Source of the DNA: Pristiophorus japonicus | Taxonomy: Eukaryota | Length of the DNA: 64,000 bases | Reading direction: 5' to 3' | Assembly (NCBI RefSeq): GCF_044704955.1 | Contig: NW_027254527.1 | Location: forward strand, 1-64,000 | Made by a program: the position numbers and the translations under genes | Shown here: one piece after another, positions 25,865 through 37,674 of the stretch | Numbering within the stretch: the stretch's first letter is position 1 | How the letters are laid out: each line of letters opens with the position of its first letter | Notes under the pieces: model-generated | What the model saw: the letters and a program-made list of their open reading frames with translations, nothing else | Told to the model about the DNA's origin: nothing | Database searches by the model: none

Positions 25865-27835
25865 TAGAAACATAGAAACATAGAAAATAGGTGCAGGAGT
25901 AGGCCATTCAGCCCTTCTAGCCTGCACCGCCATTCAATGAGTTCATGGCTGAACATGCAACTTCAGTACAACATTCCTGCTTTCTCGCCATAACCCTTGA
26001 TCCCCCGAGTAGTAAGGACTACATCTAACTCCTTTTTGAATATATTTAGTGAATTGGCCTCAACAACTTTCTGTGTTAGAGAATTCCACAGGTTCACCAC
26101 TCTCTGGGTGAAGAAGTTTCTCCTCATCTCGGTCCTAAATGGCTTACCCCTTATCCTTAGACTGTGACCCCTGGTTCTGGACTTCCCCAATATTGGGAAC
26201 ATTCTTCCTGCATCTAACCTGTCTGAACCCATCAGAATTTTAAACGTTTCAATGAGGTCCCCTCTCATTCTTCTGAACTCCAGTGAATACAAGCCCAGTT
26301 GATCCAGTCTTTCTTGATAGGTCAGTCCCGCCATCCCAGGAATCAGTCTGGTGAACCTTCGCTGCACTCCCTCGATAGCAAGAATGTCCTTCCTCAAGTT
26401 AGGAGACCAAAACTGTACACAATACTCCAGGTGTGGCCTCACCAAGGCCCTGTACAACTGTACCAACACCTCCCTGCCCCTGTACTCAAATCCCCTCGCT
26501 ATGAAGGCCAACATGCCATTTGCTTTCTTAACCGCCTGCTGTACCTGCATACCAACCTTCAATGACTGACGTACCATGACACCCAGGTCTCGTTGCACCT
26601 CCCCTTTTCCTAATCTGTCACCATTCAGATAATACTCTGTCTCTCTGTTTTTAACCACCGAAGTGGATAACCTCACATTTATCCACATTATACTTCATCT
26701 GCCATGCATTTGCCCACTCACCAAACCTATCCAAGTCACTCTGCAGCCTCATAGCATCCTCCTCGCAGCTCACACTGCCACCTAACTTAGTGTCATCCGC
26801 AAATTTGGAGATACTACATTTAATCCCCTCGTCTAAATCATTAATGTAAAGTGTAAACAGCTGGGGCCCCAGCACAGAACCTTGCGGTACCCCACTAGTC
26901 ACTGCCTGCCATTCTGAAAAGTCCCCATTTACTCCTACTCTTTGCTTCCTGTCTGACAACCAGTTCTCAATCCATGTCAGCACACTACCCCCAATCCCAT
27001 GTGCTTTAACTTTGCACATTAATCTCTTGTGTGGGACCTTGTCGAAAGCCTTCTGAAAGTCCAAATATACCACATCAACTGGTTCTCCCTTGTCCACTCT
27101 ACTGGAAACATCCTCAAACAATTCCAGAAGATTTGTCAAGCATGATTTCCCTTTCACAAATCCATGCTGACTTGGACCTATCATGTCACCTCTTTCCAAA
27201 TGCGCTGCTATGACATCCTTAATAATTGATTCCATCATTTTACCCACTACGGAAGTCAGGCTGACCAGTCTATAATTCCCTGTTTTCTATCTCCGTCCTT
27301 TTTTAAAAAGTGGGGTTACATTGGCAACACTCCACTCGATAGGAACTGATCCAGAGTCAATGGAATGTTGGAAAATGACTATCAATGCATCCGCTATTTC
27401 CAAGGCCACCTCCTTAAGTACTGTGGGATGCAGTCCACCAGGCTCTGGGGATTTATCGGCCTTCAATCCCATCAATTTCCCCAACACAATTTCCCAACTA
27501 ATAAGGATTTCCCTCAGTTCCTCCTCCTTACTAGACCCTCTGACCCCTTTTATATCCGGAAGGTTGTTTGTGTCCTCCTTAGTGAATACTGAACCAAAGT
27601 ACTTGTTCAATTGGTCTGCCATTTCTTTGTTCCCCATTATGACTTCCCCTGATTCTGACTGCAGGGGACCTACATTTGTCTTTACTAACCTTTTTCTCTT
27701 TACATATCTATAGAAACCTTTGCAATCCGTCTTAATGTTCCCTGCAAGCTTCTTCTCGAACTCCATTTTCCCTGCCCAAATCAAAACCTTTGTCATCCTC
27801 TGCTGATTTCTAAATTGCTCCCAATCCCCGAGTTT
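25865..27835 (-). mobile_element. CR1 LINE subfamily B, 5'-truncated
   Basis: Frameshifted RT ORFs 25963-27796. Confidence 0.92.
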
Positions 27836-28668
27836 GCACTGACATTGATTGGGAGATTAATGCACTGATGTTGATTGGGAGATTAATGCGCTGACATTGA
27901 TTGGGAGATTAATGCACTGACATTGATTGGGAGATTAATGCGCTGACATTGATTGGGAGATTAATGCACTGACGTTGATTGGGAGATTAATGCGATGACA
28001 TTGATTGGGAGATTAATGCATTGAACAGTGATTGGGAGATTAATACGGTGACCATTGATTGGGAGATTAATGCACTGACATTGATTGGGATATAATGCAC
28101 TGACGTTCATTGAGAGATTAATGCGATGACATTGATTGGGAGATTAATGCACTGACATTGATTGGGAGATTAATGCATTGAACAGTGATTGGGAGATTAA
28201 TACGGTGACCATTGATTGGGAGATTAATGCACTGACATTGATTGGGATATAATGCACTGACGTTCATTGAGAGATTAATGCGATGACATTGATTGGGAGA
28301 TTAATGCACTGACGTTGATTGGGAGATTAATGCGCTGACATTGATTGGGTATTAATGCGCTGACATTGATTGGGTGATTAATGCGATGACATTGATTGGG
28401 AGATTAATGCACTGACGTTCATTGAGAGATTAATGCGATGACATTGATTGGGAGATTAATGCACTGACGTTCATTGAGAGATTAATGCACTGACATTGAT
28501 TGGGGGATTAATACACTGACCTTGATTGGGAGATTAGTGCACTGACATTGATTGGGAGATTAATGCGCTGACATTGATTGGGAGATTAATGCGCTGACAT
28601 TGATTGGGAGATTAATGCATTGAAGTTGATTGGGAGATTAATGCACTGAACAGTGATTGGGAGATTAA

Positions 28669-31600
28669 TAGAACATAGAAACACAGGAAATAGGTGCAGG
28701 AGTAGGCCATTCGGCCCTTCGAGCCTGCAGCGCCATTCAATGAGTTCATGGCTGAACATTCAACTTCAGCACCCCATTCCTGCTTTCTCGCCATTCCCCT
28801 TGATCCCCCGAGTAGTAAGGACTACATCTAACTCCTTTTTGAATATATTTAGTGAATTGGCCTCAACAACTTTCTGTGGTAGAGAATTCCACAGGTTCAC
28901 CACTCTCTGGGTGAAGAAGTTCCTCCTCATCTCGGTCCTAAATGGCTTACCCCTTATCCTTAGACTGTGACCCTTGGTTCTGGACTTCCCCAACATTGGG
29001 AACATTCTTCCTGCATCTAACCTGTCTAACCCCGTCAGAATTTTAAACGTTTCTATGAGGTCCCCTCTCATTCTTCTGAACTCCAGTGAATACAAGCCCA
29101 GTTGATCCAGTCTTTCTTGATAGGTCAGTCCCACCATCCCGGGAATCAGTCTGGTGAACCTTCGCTGCACTCCCTCAATAGCAAGAATGTCCTTCCTCAG
29201 GTTAGGAGACCAAAACTGTACACAATATTCCAGGTGTGGCCTCACCAAGGCCCTGTACAACTGTAGTAACACCTCCCTGCCCCTGTACTCAAATCCCCTC
29301 GCTTTGAAGGCCAACATGCCATTTGCTTTCTTAACCGCCTGCTGTACCTGCATGCCAACCTTCAATGACTGATGTACCATGACACCCAGGTCTCGTTGCA
29401 CCTCTCCTTTTCCTAATCTGTCATCATTCAGATAATAGTCTGTCTCTCCGTTTTTACCACCAAAGTGGATAACCTCACAATGATCCAGATTATACTTCAT
29501 CTGCCATGCATTTGCCCACTCACCTAACTTAACCAAGTCACTCTGCAGCCTCATAGCATCCTCCTCGCAGCTCACACTGCCACCCAACATAGTGTCATCC
29601 GCAAATTTGGAGAAACTACATTTAATCCCCTCATCTTAATCATTAATGTACAATGTAAACAGCTGGGGCCCCAGTACAGAACCTTGCGGTACCCCACTAG
29701 TCACTGCCTCCCATTCTGAAACGTACCCATTTACTCCTACTCTTTGCTTTCTGTCTGCCAACCAGTTCTCAATCCATGTCAGCACACTACCCCCAATCCC
29801 ATGTGCTTTAACTTTGCACATTAATCTCTTGTGTGGGACCTTGTCGAAAGCCTTCTGAAAGTCCAAATACACCACATCAACTGGTTCTCCCTTGTCCATT
29901 CTACTGGAAACATCCTCAAAAAATTCCAGAAGATTTGTCAAGCATGATTTCCCTTTCACAAATCCATGCTGACTTAGACCTAGCATGTCACCTCTTTCCA
30001 AATGCGCTGCTATGATATCCTTAATAATTGATTCCATCATTTTACCCACTACGGAAGTCAGGCTGACCGGTCTATAATTCCCTGTTTTCTCTCTCCCTCA
30101 TTTTTTAAAAAGTGGTGTTACATTGGCTACCCTCCACTCCGTAGGAACTGATCCAGAGTCTATGGAATGTTGGAAAATGACTGTCAATGCATCCGCTATT
30201 TCCAAGGCCACCTCCTTAAGTACTCTGGATGCAGTCCATCAGGCCCTGGGGATTTATCGGCCTTCAATCCCATCAATTTCCCCAACACAATTTCCCGACT
30301 AATAAGGATTTCCCTCAGTTCCTCCTCCTTACTAGACCCTCTGACCCCTTTTATATCCAGAAGGTTGTTTGTGTCCTCCTCAGTGAATACCGAACCAAAG
30401 TACTTGTTCAATTGGTCTGCCATTTCTTTGTTCCCCGTTATGACTTCCCCTGATTCTGACTGCAGGGGACCTACGTTTGTCTTTACTAATCTTTTTCTCT
30501 TTACATATCTATAGAAACTTTTGCAGTCCGTCTTAATGTTCCCTGCAAGCTTCTTCTCGTACTCCATTTTCCCTGCCCTAATCAAACCCTTTGTCCTCCT
30601 TTGCTGAGTTCTAAATTTCTCCCAGTCCCTGGGTTCACTGCTATTTCTGGCCAATTTGTATGCCACTTCCTTGGCTTTAATACTATCCCTGATTTCCCTA
30701 GATAGCCACGGTTGAGCCACCTTCCCTTTTTTATTTTAACGCCAGACAGGAATGTACAATTGTTGTAGTTCATCCATGCAGTCTCTAAATGTCTGCCATT
30801 GCCCATCCACAGTCAACCCCTTCAGTATCATTCGCCAATCTATCCTAGCCAATTCACGCCTCATACCTTCAAAGTTACCCTTCTTTAAGTTCTGGACCAT
30901 GGTCTCTGAATTAACCATTTCATTCTCCATCCTGATGTAGAATTCCACCATATTATGGTCACTCTTCCCCAAGGGGCCTCGCACAACGAGATTGCTAATT
31001 AATCCTCTCTCATTACACAACACCCAGTCTAAGATGGCCTCCTCCCTAGTTGGTTCCTTGACATATTGGTCTAGAAAACCATCCCAGGAAGCCCTCCAGG
31101 AAATCCTCCTCCACCATATTGCTTCTAGTTTGGTTAGCCCAATCTATATGCATATTAAAGTCACCCATGATAACTGCTGAACCTTTATTGCATGCACCCC
31201 TAATTTCCAGTTTGATCCCCTCCCCAACATCACTACTACTGTTTGGAAGTCTGTACACAACTCCCACTTGCGTTTTCTGCCCCTTGGTATTCCGTAGCTC
31301 CACCCATACCGATTCCACATCATCCACGCTAATATCTTTCGTTACAATTGCATTAATTTCCTCTGTAACCAGCAACACCACCCCAGCTCCTTTTCCTTTC
31401 TGTCTATCTTTCCTAAATGTTGAAACCCCTGGATGTTGAGTTCCCAGCCTTGGTCACCCTGGAGCCATGTCTCTGTGATGCCAACCACATCGTATCCGTT
31501 AACTGCTATCTGCACAGTTAATTCATCCACCTTATTCTGAATACTCCTCGCATTGAGGCACAGAGCCTTCAGGCTTGCCTTTTTAACACACTTATACCCT

Positions 31601-31805
31601 TTAGAATGTTGCTGCAAAGTGGCCCTTTTTATTTTTTGCCTTGGGTTTCTCTGCCCTCCACTTTTACTCATTTCCTTTCTGTCTTTTGCTTCTGTCTCCA
31701 TTTTGTTTCCCTCTGTCTCCCTGCATTGGTTCCCATCCCCCTGCCATATTAGTTTAACTCCTCCCCAACAGCACTAGCAAACACTCCCCCTAGGACATTG
31801 GTTCC
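28669..31805 (-). mobile_element. CR1 LINE subfamily B, nearly complete broken ORF2 (APE endonuclease and RT)
   Basis: LNARSIQNK, GITETW, MGDFN and SDH endonuclease motifs plus RT motifs; several frameshifts. Confidence 0.92.
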
Positions 31806-31809
31806 TGTG

Positions 31810-32365
31810 ACATGGCTGATCATGCAACTTCAGTTCCCCATTCCTGCTTTTGCTCAATACCCCTTGAGCCCTTTAGCCGTAAGGGCCACATCTAACTCCC
31901 TTTTGAATATATCGAACGAACTGGCCTCAACAACTTTCTGTGGTAGTGAATTCCACAGGTTCACAATTCTCTGAGTGATGAAGTTTTCCTCATCTCAGTC
32001 CTAAATGGCTTACCCCTTTTCCTTCGGGAGAAGCTGCCGGATTGTGGTAAAAACCCACCGGGTTCACAAGAACACAAGAATTAGGAGCAGGAGTCCGCCA
32101 TTCGGCCCCTCGAGCCTGCCCCGCCATTTAATAAGATCATGGCTGATCTTCGACCTCAACTCCACTTTCCTGCACTATCCCCATATCCCTCGATTCCCTT
32201 AATATCCAAAAATCTATCGATCTCCGTCTTAAATATACTGAAAGGCTGAGCCTCCAGCCCTCGGGGGCAGAGAATTGCAGAGATTCACCCCCCTCTGAGT
32301 GAAGAAGTTTCTCCTTATCTCAGGTTTAAATGGCCGACCCCTTATTCTGAGACTGTGACCCCGAT
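31810..32365 (-). mobile_element. Two short CR1 3' fragments, the second splitting a SINE remnant (about 32030-32490)
   Basis: Similarity to CR1 3'UTRs elsewhere in the window. Confidence 0.7.
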
Positions 32366-32987
32366 TCATTAACGTTCTTCAGGGACGTGAACCTGCCGCC
32401 CCCTCCCCGGTCTGGGCCTACATGTGACTCCAGTCACACACACCCCCAGGGCAACTAGGGATGGGCAATAAATGCCAGCCACACTGACCTGAAAAATTAG
32501 AAAGGAAATCTAAGCCCTTGGTGATAGAGCGATTGCAGTAAAAGGCAATTAATGGCGGTGATTAATGAACTCTCAGGAATAGGGCAAGGATCAGACTGGG
32601 CAGAGATTGATGTAAACGGACACGTTATCACAGGTGACTCCATTCCCCAGAATTTGACGGGGGGAAAGAAATTGCTAAAAACTAAGGAACAAGTGTGTGT
32701 GTGTGTGGAGGTTGTGTAGGATAGAGAGGGTGAGAGTAACAGAGAGCGAGAAAGGAGAGAGAGCAAGAATGAAAGAAAGACGCATTTATATAGCGCCTTT
32801 CACAACCACCGGACATCCCAAAGCACTTTACAGCCAATGAAGTACTTTTGGAGTGTGGTCACTGTTGTAATGTGGGAAATGCGACAGCCAATTTGTGCAC
32901 AGCAAGCTCCCACACACAGCAATGTGATAATGACACGACAATCTGTGACCACACTCCAAAAGTACTTCATTGGCTGCGTAGCTCTCT

Positions 32988-33655
32988 GGGACACCCTGCG
33001 ACTGTGAAGCCCCCCCAGGGACACCCCCCAGGGACACCCTCCCCCCCCCCCCCGGGGACACCCCCCAGGGACATCCTGCGACCAGGGACACCCCCCGGGG
33101 ACACCCCCCAGGGACACCCTGCGACCGGGGACACCCCCTGAGGACACCCCCTCTGGGACACCCCCTCTGGGACCGTGAAGCCCCCCAAGGGACACCCCCT
33201 GGGAACACCCTGCGAACCTGAAGTCCCCCGGAGACACCCCCCGGGGACACCCTGCGACCGGGGACACCCCCCTGGGGACACACTCCCAGGGTCACCCCCC
33301 CGGGACACCCCCCTGGGACACCCTGCGACTGTGAAGCCCCCCGGGGACACCCCCTCTGGGACACCCCCTCTGGGACCGTGAAGCCCCCCAGGGGACACCC
33401 CCTGGGGACACCCTGCGAACCTGAAGCCCCCCGGAGACACCCCCCTGGGACACCCTGCGACCGGGGACACCCTGCGACTGTGAAGCCCCCCTGGGGACAC
33501 ACTCCCGGGGACACCCCCCCGGGACACCCCCCTGGGACACCCTGCGACTGTGAAGCCCCCCGGGGACACCCCCCGGGGACACCCCCCCGGGAACACCCTG
33601 CGACTGTGAAGCCCCCCGGGGACACCCCCCCGGGAACACCCTGCGACTGTGAAGG
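32988..33655. repeat. C-rich GGACACCCC-type array within SINE tail sequence
   Basis: Direct inspection. Confidence 0.85.
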
Positions 33656-33854
33656 GCGCTATACAAAGGCGAGTCTTTTTTAAAAACAGGAAAACAAAAT
33701 AAAAACCTGGAAATCTGAATTTGAAAACAAAGTTGTGATGAAAGGTCACGGACCGGAAACGTTTCTCTGACCCCAGCCGCGGCCGGAGCTGCTGAACGTT
33801 TCCAGAGCGGGCGGCACGGTGATATCAGTCGGTCATCTTCCACCCTGGGACTGG

Positions 33855-34358
33855 GGGGTCAGTGGGGGTCAGAGCGGGGTGGGTGGGGGTCAGAGCGGGT
33901 CAGAGCGGGGTCGGTGGAGGTCAGAGCGGGGTCGGTGGAGGTCAGAGCGGGGTGGTTGGGGGTCAGAGCGGGGTGGGTGGGGGTCAGTGTGGGTCAGAGC
34001 GGGGTCGGTGGAGGTCAGAGCGGGGTCGGTGGAGGTCAGAGCGGGGTCGGTGGAGGTCAGAGCGGGATCGGTGGAGGTGAGAGCGGGGTCGGTGGGGGTC
34101 AGAGCGGGTCGGTGGGGGTCAGAGCGGGGTCGGAGGGGGTCAGAGCGGGGTCGGTGGGGGTCAGAGCGGGGTCGGTGGGGGTCAGAGCGAGGTCGGTGGG
34201 GGTCAGAGCGAGGTCGGTGGGGGTCAGAGCGGGGTCGGTGGGGGTCAGAACAGGGTCGGTGGGGGTCAGAGCAGGTCGGTGGGGGTCAGAGCGGGTCAGA
34301 GCGGGGTCGGTGGGGGTCAGAGCAGGTCGGTGGGGGTCAGAGCGGGGTCGGTGGGGGT
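33855..34358. repeat. 21-bp G-rich minisatellite (GGTCAGAGCGGGGTCGGTGGG)
   Basis: Direct inspection. Confidence 0.9.
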
Positions 34359-34605
34359 CCTTCTCATCTCAGTTTTAAATGGGCGACCCCTTACTCTGAA
34401 ACTATTCCCCTAGTTGTAGATTCCCCCACGAGGGGAAATATCCTCTCTGTGTCGACCTTGTCGAGCCCCCTCAGAATCTTATATGTTTCAATAAGGTCAC
34501 CTCTCTGTCTTCTAAACTCCAACTTACTCAGCCTTTCCTCATAAGTCAACCCCTTCATCTCAGGAATCAACCTGGTGAACTTCTCTGAACTGCCTCCAAT
34601 GCCAG
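34358..34605 (-). mobile_element. CR1 fragment
   Basis: FTRLIPEMKGLTYEERL...RGDLIETYKI. Confidence 0.8.
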
Positions 34606-34649
34606 TATAATGTTGTCTTTGGGGACAGATGGACAATAGCCGCCCATTG

Positions 34650-36375
34650 GCAGTGGCTCAGTGGGCAGCACTCTCGCCTCGGACTCACGTGGGCGTGGGT
34701 TCAAGTCCCGCTCCGGAGACTTGAGCACATAAATCTAGGCCGACACTCCCAGTGCAGTGCTGAGGGAGTGCTGCACTGTCGGAGGGGCAGTACTGAGGGA
34801 GCGCCGCACTGTCGGAGGGGCAGTACTGAGGGAGTGCCACACTGTCGGAGGGGCAGTACTGAGGGAGTGCTGCACTGTCGGAGGGGCAGTACTGAGGGAG
34901 TGCTGCACTGTCGGAGGGGCGGTACTGAGGGAGTGCCGCACTGTCAGAGGGGCAGTACTGAGGGAGTGCCGCACTGTCGGAGGGGCGGTACTGAGGGAGC
35001 GCCGCACTGTTGGAGGGGCGGTACTGAGTGAGCGCCGCACTGTCGGAGGGGCAGTACTGAGGGAGTGCTGCACTGTCGGAGGGGCGGTACTGAGGGAGTG
35101 CCGCACTGTCGGAGGGGCAGTACTGAGGGAGTGCTGCACTGTCAGAGGGGCGGTACTGAGGGAGTGCCGCACTGTCGGAGGGGCAGTACTGAGGGAGTGC
35201 CACACTGTCGGAGGGGCAGTGCTGAGGGAGTGCTGCACTGTCGGAGGGGCAGTACTGAGGGAGCGCCGCACTGTCGGAGGGGCAGTACTGAGGGAGTGCC
35301 ACACTGTCGGAGGGGCGGTACTGAGGGAGTGCCGCACTGTTGGAGGGGCGGTACTGAGTGAGCGCCGCACTGTCGGAGGGGCAGTACTGAGGGAGTGCTG
35401 CACTGTCGGAGGGGCGGTACTGAGGGAGTGCCGCACTGTCGGAGGGGCAGTACTGAGGGAGTGCTGCACTGTCAGAGGGGCGGTACTGAGGGAGTGCCGC
35501 ACTGTCGGAGGGGCAGTACTGAGGGAGCGCCGCACTGTCGGAGGGACAGTACTGGGGGAGTGCTGCACTGTCGGAGGGGCAGTACTGAGGGAGTGCCACA
35601 CTGTCGGAGGGGCAGTACTTGAGGGAGTGCTGCACTGTCGGAGGGACAGTACTGAGGGAGTGCTGCACTGTCGGAGGGGCAGTACTGAGGGAGTGCCGCA
35701 CTGTCGGAGGGACAGTACTGAGGGAGTGCCGCACTGTTGGAGGGGCAGTACTGAGTGAGCGCCGCACTGTCGGAGGGGCAGTACTGAGGGAGTGCTGCAC
35801 TGTCGGAGGGTCGGTACTGAGGGAGTGCCACACTGTCGGAGGGGCAGTACTGAGGGAGTGCTGCACTGTCAGAGGGGCGGTACTGAGGGAGTGCCGCACT
35901 GTCGGAGGGGCAGTACTGAGGGAGCGCCGCACTGTCGGAGGGACAGTACTGGGGGAGTGCTGCACTGTCGGAGGGGCAGTACTGAGGGAATGCCACACTG
36001 TCGGAGGGGCAGTACTTGAGGGAGTGCTGCACTGTCGGAGGGACAGTACTGAGGGAGCGCCGCACTGTCGGAGGGGCAGTACTGAGGGAGTGCTGCACTG
36101 TCGGAGGGGCAGTACTGAGGGAGCGCCGCACTGTTGGAGGTGCATTCTTTCAGGTGAATGGTTAAACTGATTCCCTGAGGTCCTGGGCCAATACTTATCC
36201 CTGAAGATCACAAAAACAGATGATCTGGTCATTACCAGCTTGTTTTGTGTGGGAGCTTGCTGTGCACAAACTCGCTATCATTATGTTACACTTCAAAAGT
36301 ACTTCAGCGGCTGTAAAGCGCTCAGGGACATCCTGAGATCATCAAAGGCGCTATATAAATGCAAGTTCTTCCTTT
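34650..36375 (+). mobile_element. tRNA-derived (DeuSINE-like) SINE with an internal 33-bp unit amplified about 40 times (34750-36135)
   Basis: A-box GTGGCTCAGTGG, B-box GGTTCAAGTCCC, tail GGCGCTATATAAATGCAAG. Confidence 0.75.
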
Positions 36376-36424
36376 CACAACTGTTTCTAATGCATGACGA
36401 TCAAGCTTGGTTAAAAAAAAGAAA

Positions 36425-37300
36425 TACTTGCATTTATACAACACCTTTCACAACCACCGGACGTCTCAAAGTGCTTTACAGCCAATGAAGTACTTTATGA
36501 AGTGTAGTCACTGTTGTAATGAAGGAATCAATATTGGCCTAGGACACCGGGGATAGCCCCACCTGCTCTTCTTCGAAATAGAGCCATTGGATCTTTTACA
36601 TCCAAATGAGAAAGCAGGCGGGGCCTCGGTTTAACATCTCATCGCTCAGCGCTCCCTCAGTACTGCCCCTCCGACAGTGCAGCAGTCCCTCAGTACTGCC
36701 CCTCCGACAGTGCGGCGTTCCCTCAGCACTGCCCCTCCGACAGTGCAGCACTCCCTCAGTACTGCCCCTCCGACAGTGCGGCGCTCCCTCAGTACTGACC
36801 CTCCGACAGTGCGGCGTTCCCTCAGTACTGCCCCTCCGACAGTGCAGCACTCCCTCAGTACTGCCCCTCTGACAGTGCAGCACTCCCTCAGTACTGCCCC
36901 TCCGACAGTGCAGCACTCCCTCAGTACTGCCCCTCCCACAGTGCAGCACTCCCTCAGTACTGCCCCTCCGACAGTGCAGCACTCCCTCAGTACTGCCCCT
37001 CCGACAGTGCGGCGCTCCGACAGTGCAGCACTCCCTCAGTACTGCCCCTCCGACAGTGCGGCGCTCCGACAGTGCAGCACTCCCTCAGAACTGCTCCTCT
37101 GACAGTGCAGCACTCCCTCAGTGCTGCCCCTCCAACAGTGCAGCACTCCCTCAGTACTGCCCCTCTGACAGTGCAGCACTCCCTCAGTACTGCACTGGAG
37201 TGTCTGCCTGGATTTAAATATTCAAGTCCCTGGAGTGGGATTTGAACCCACAACCTCCTGACTCCGAGGCGAGTGAGCTGCCCACTGAGCCACGGCTGAC
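36425..37300 (-). mobile_element. Same SINE family in opposite orientation, with 33-bp array at 36650-37195
   Basis: Reverse-complement A/B boxes at 37238-37295 and the same repeat unit. Confidence 0.75.
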
Positions 37301-37674
37301 ACTGGAACCTGTGAAATCTAACCCAGTTAGGGGATAAATGATGACATGGAATTGGCACAGCACTAAGATCGAGTCCTTCACTGGAACAGTCAAGCTCGAG
37401 AACACATGGGAAATATAAAGTGATTTGTTCAGAATCTAACCGGACTGATCACTGACTTCACACTGAAGCAAAAACGTATTCATTCCCTGAGCCTCACAGA
37501 ATATTGAAGAACGGCAAATCATGTGTTTCTGTCATGGGACAATAACTGCTCTGCCGTCTCCCACAATGAGGGCCCCAGAGCGTTCCCACCTTCTTGTTGA
37601 TTTGTTTTGCACTTTTTATATGAAACTAAACTGCTGCAGTTTGCTTTCATACCTAAAGAACAGGTATTCCGAAG

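Larger units (their letters stand above)
23885..28668. repeat. 26-bp minisatellite (GCACTGACATTGATTGGGAGATTAAT) in three blocks (23885-24084, 25618-25865, 27835-28668) split by CR1s
   Basis: Direct inspection. Confidence 0.9.

Noticed and set aside
34650-34725. tRNA gene
   Set aside because: The A and B boxes belong to a SINE head; no complete cloverleaf is evident.
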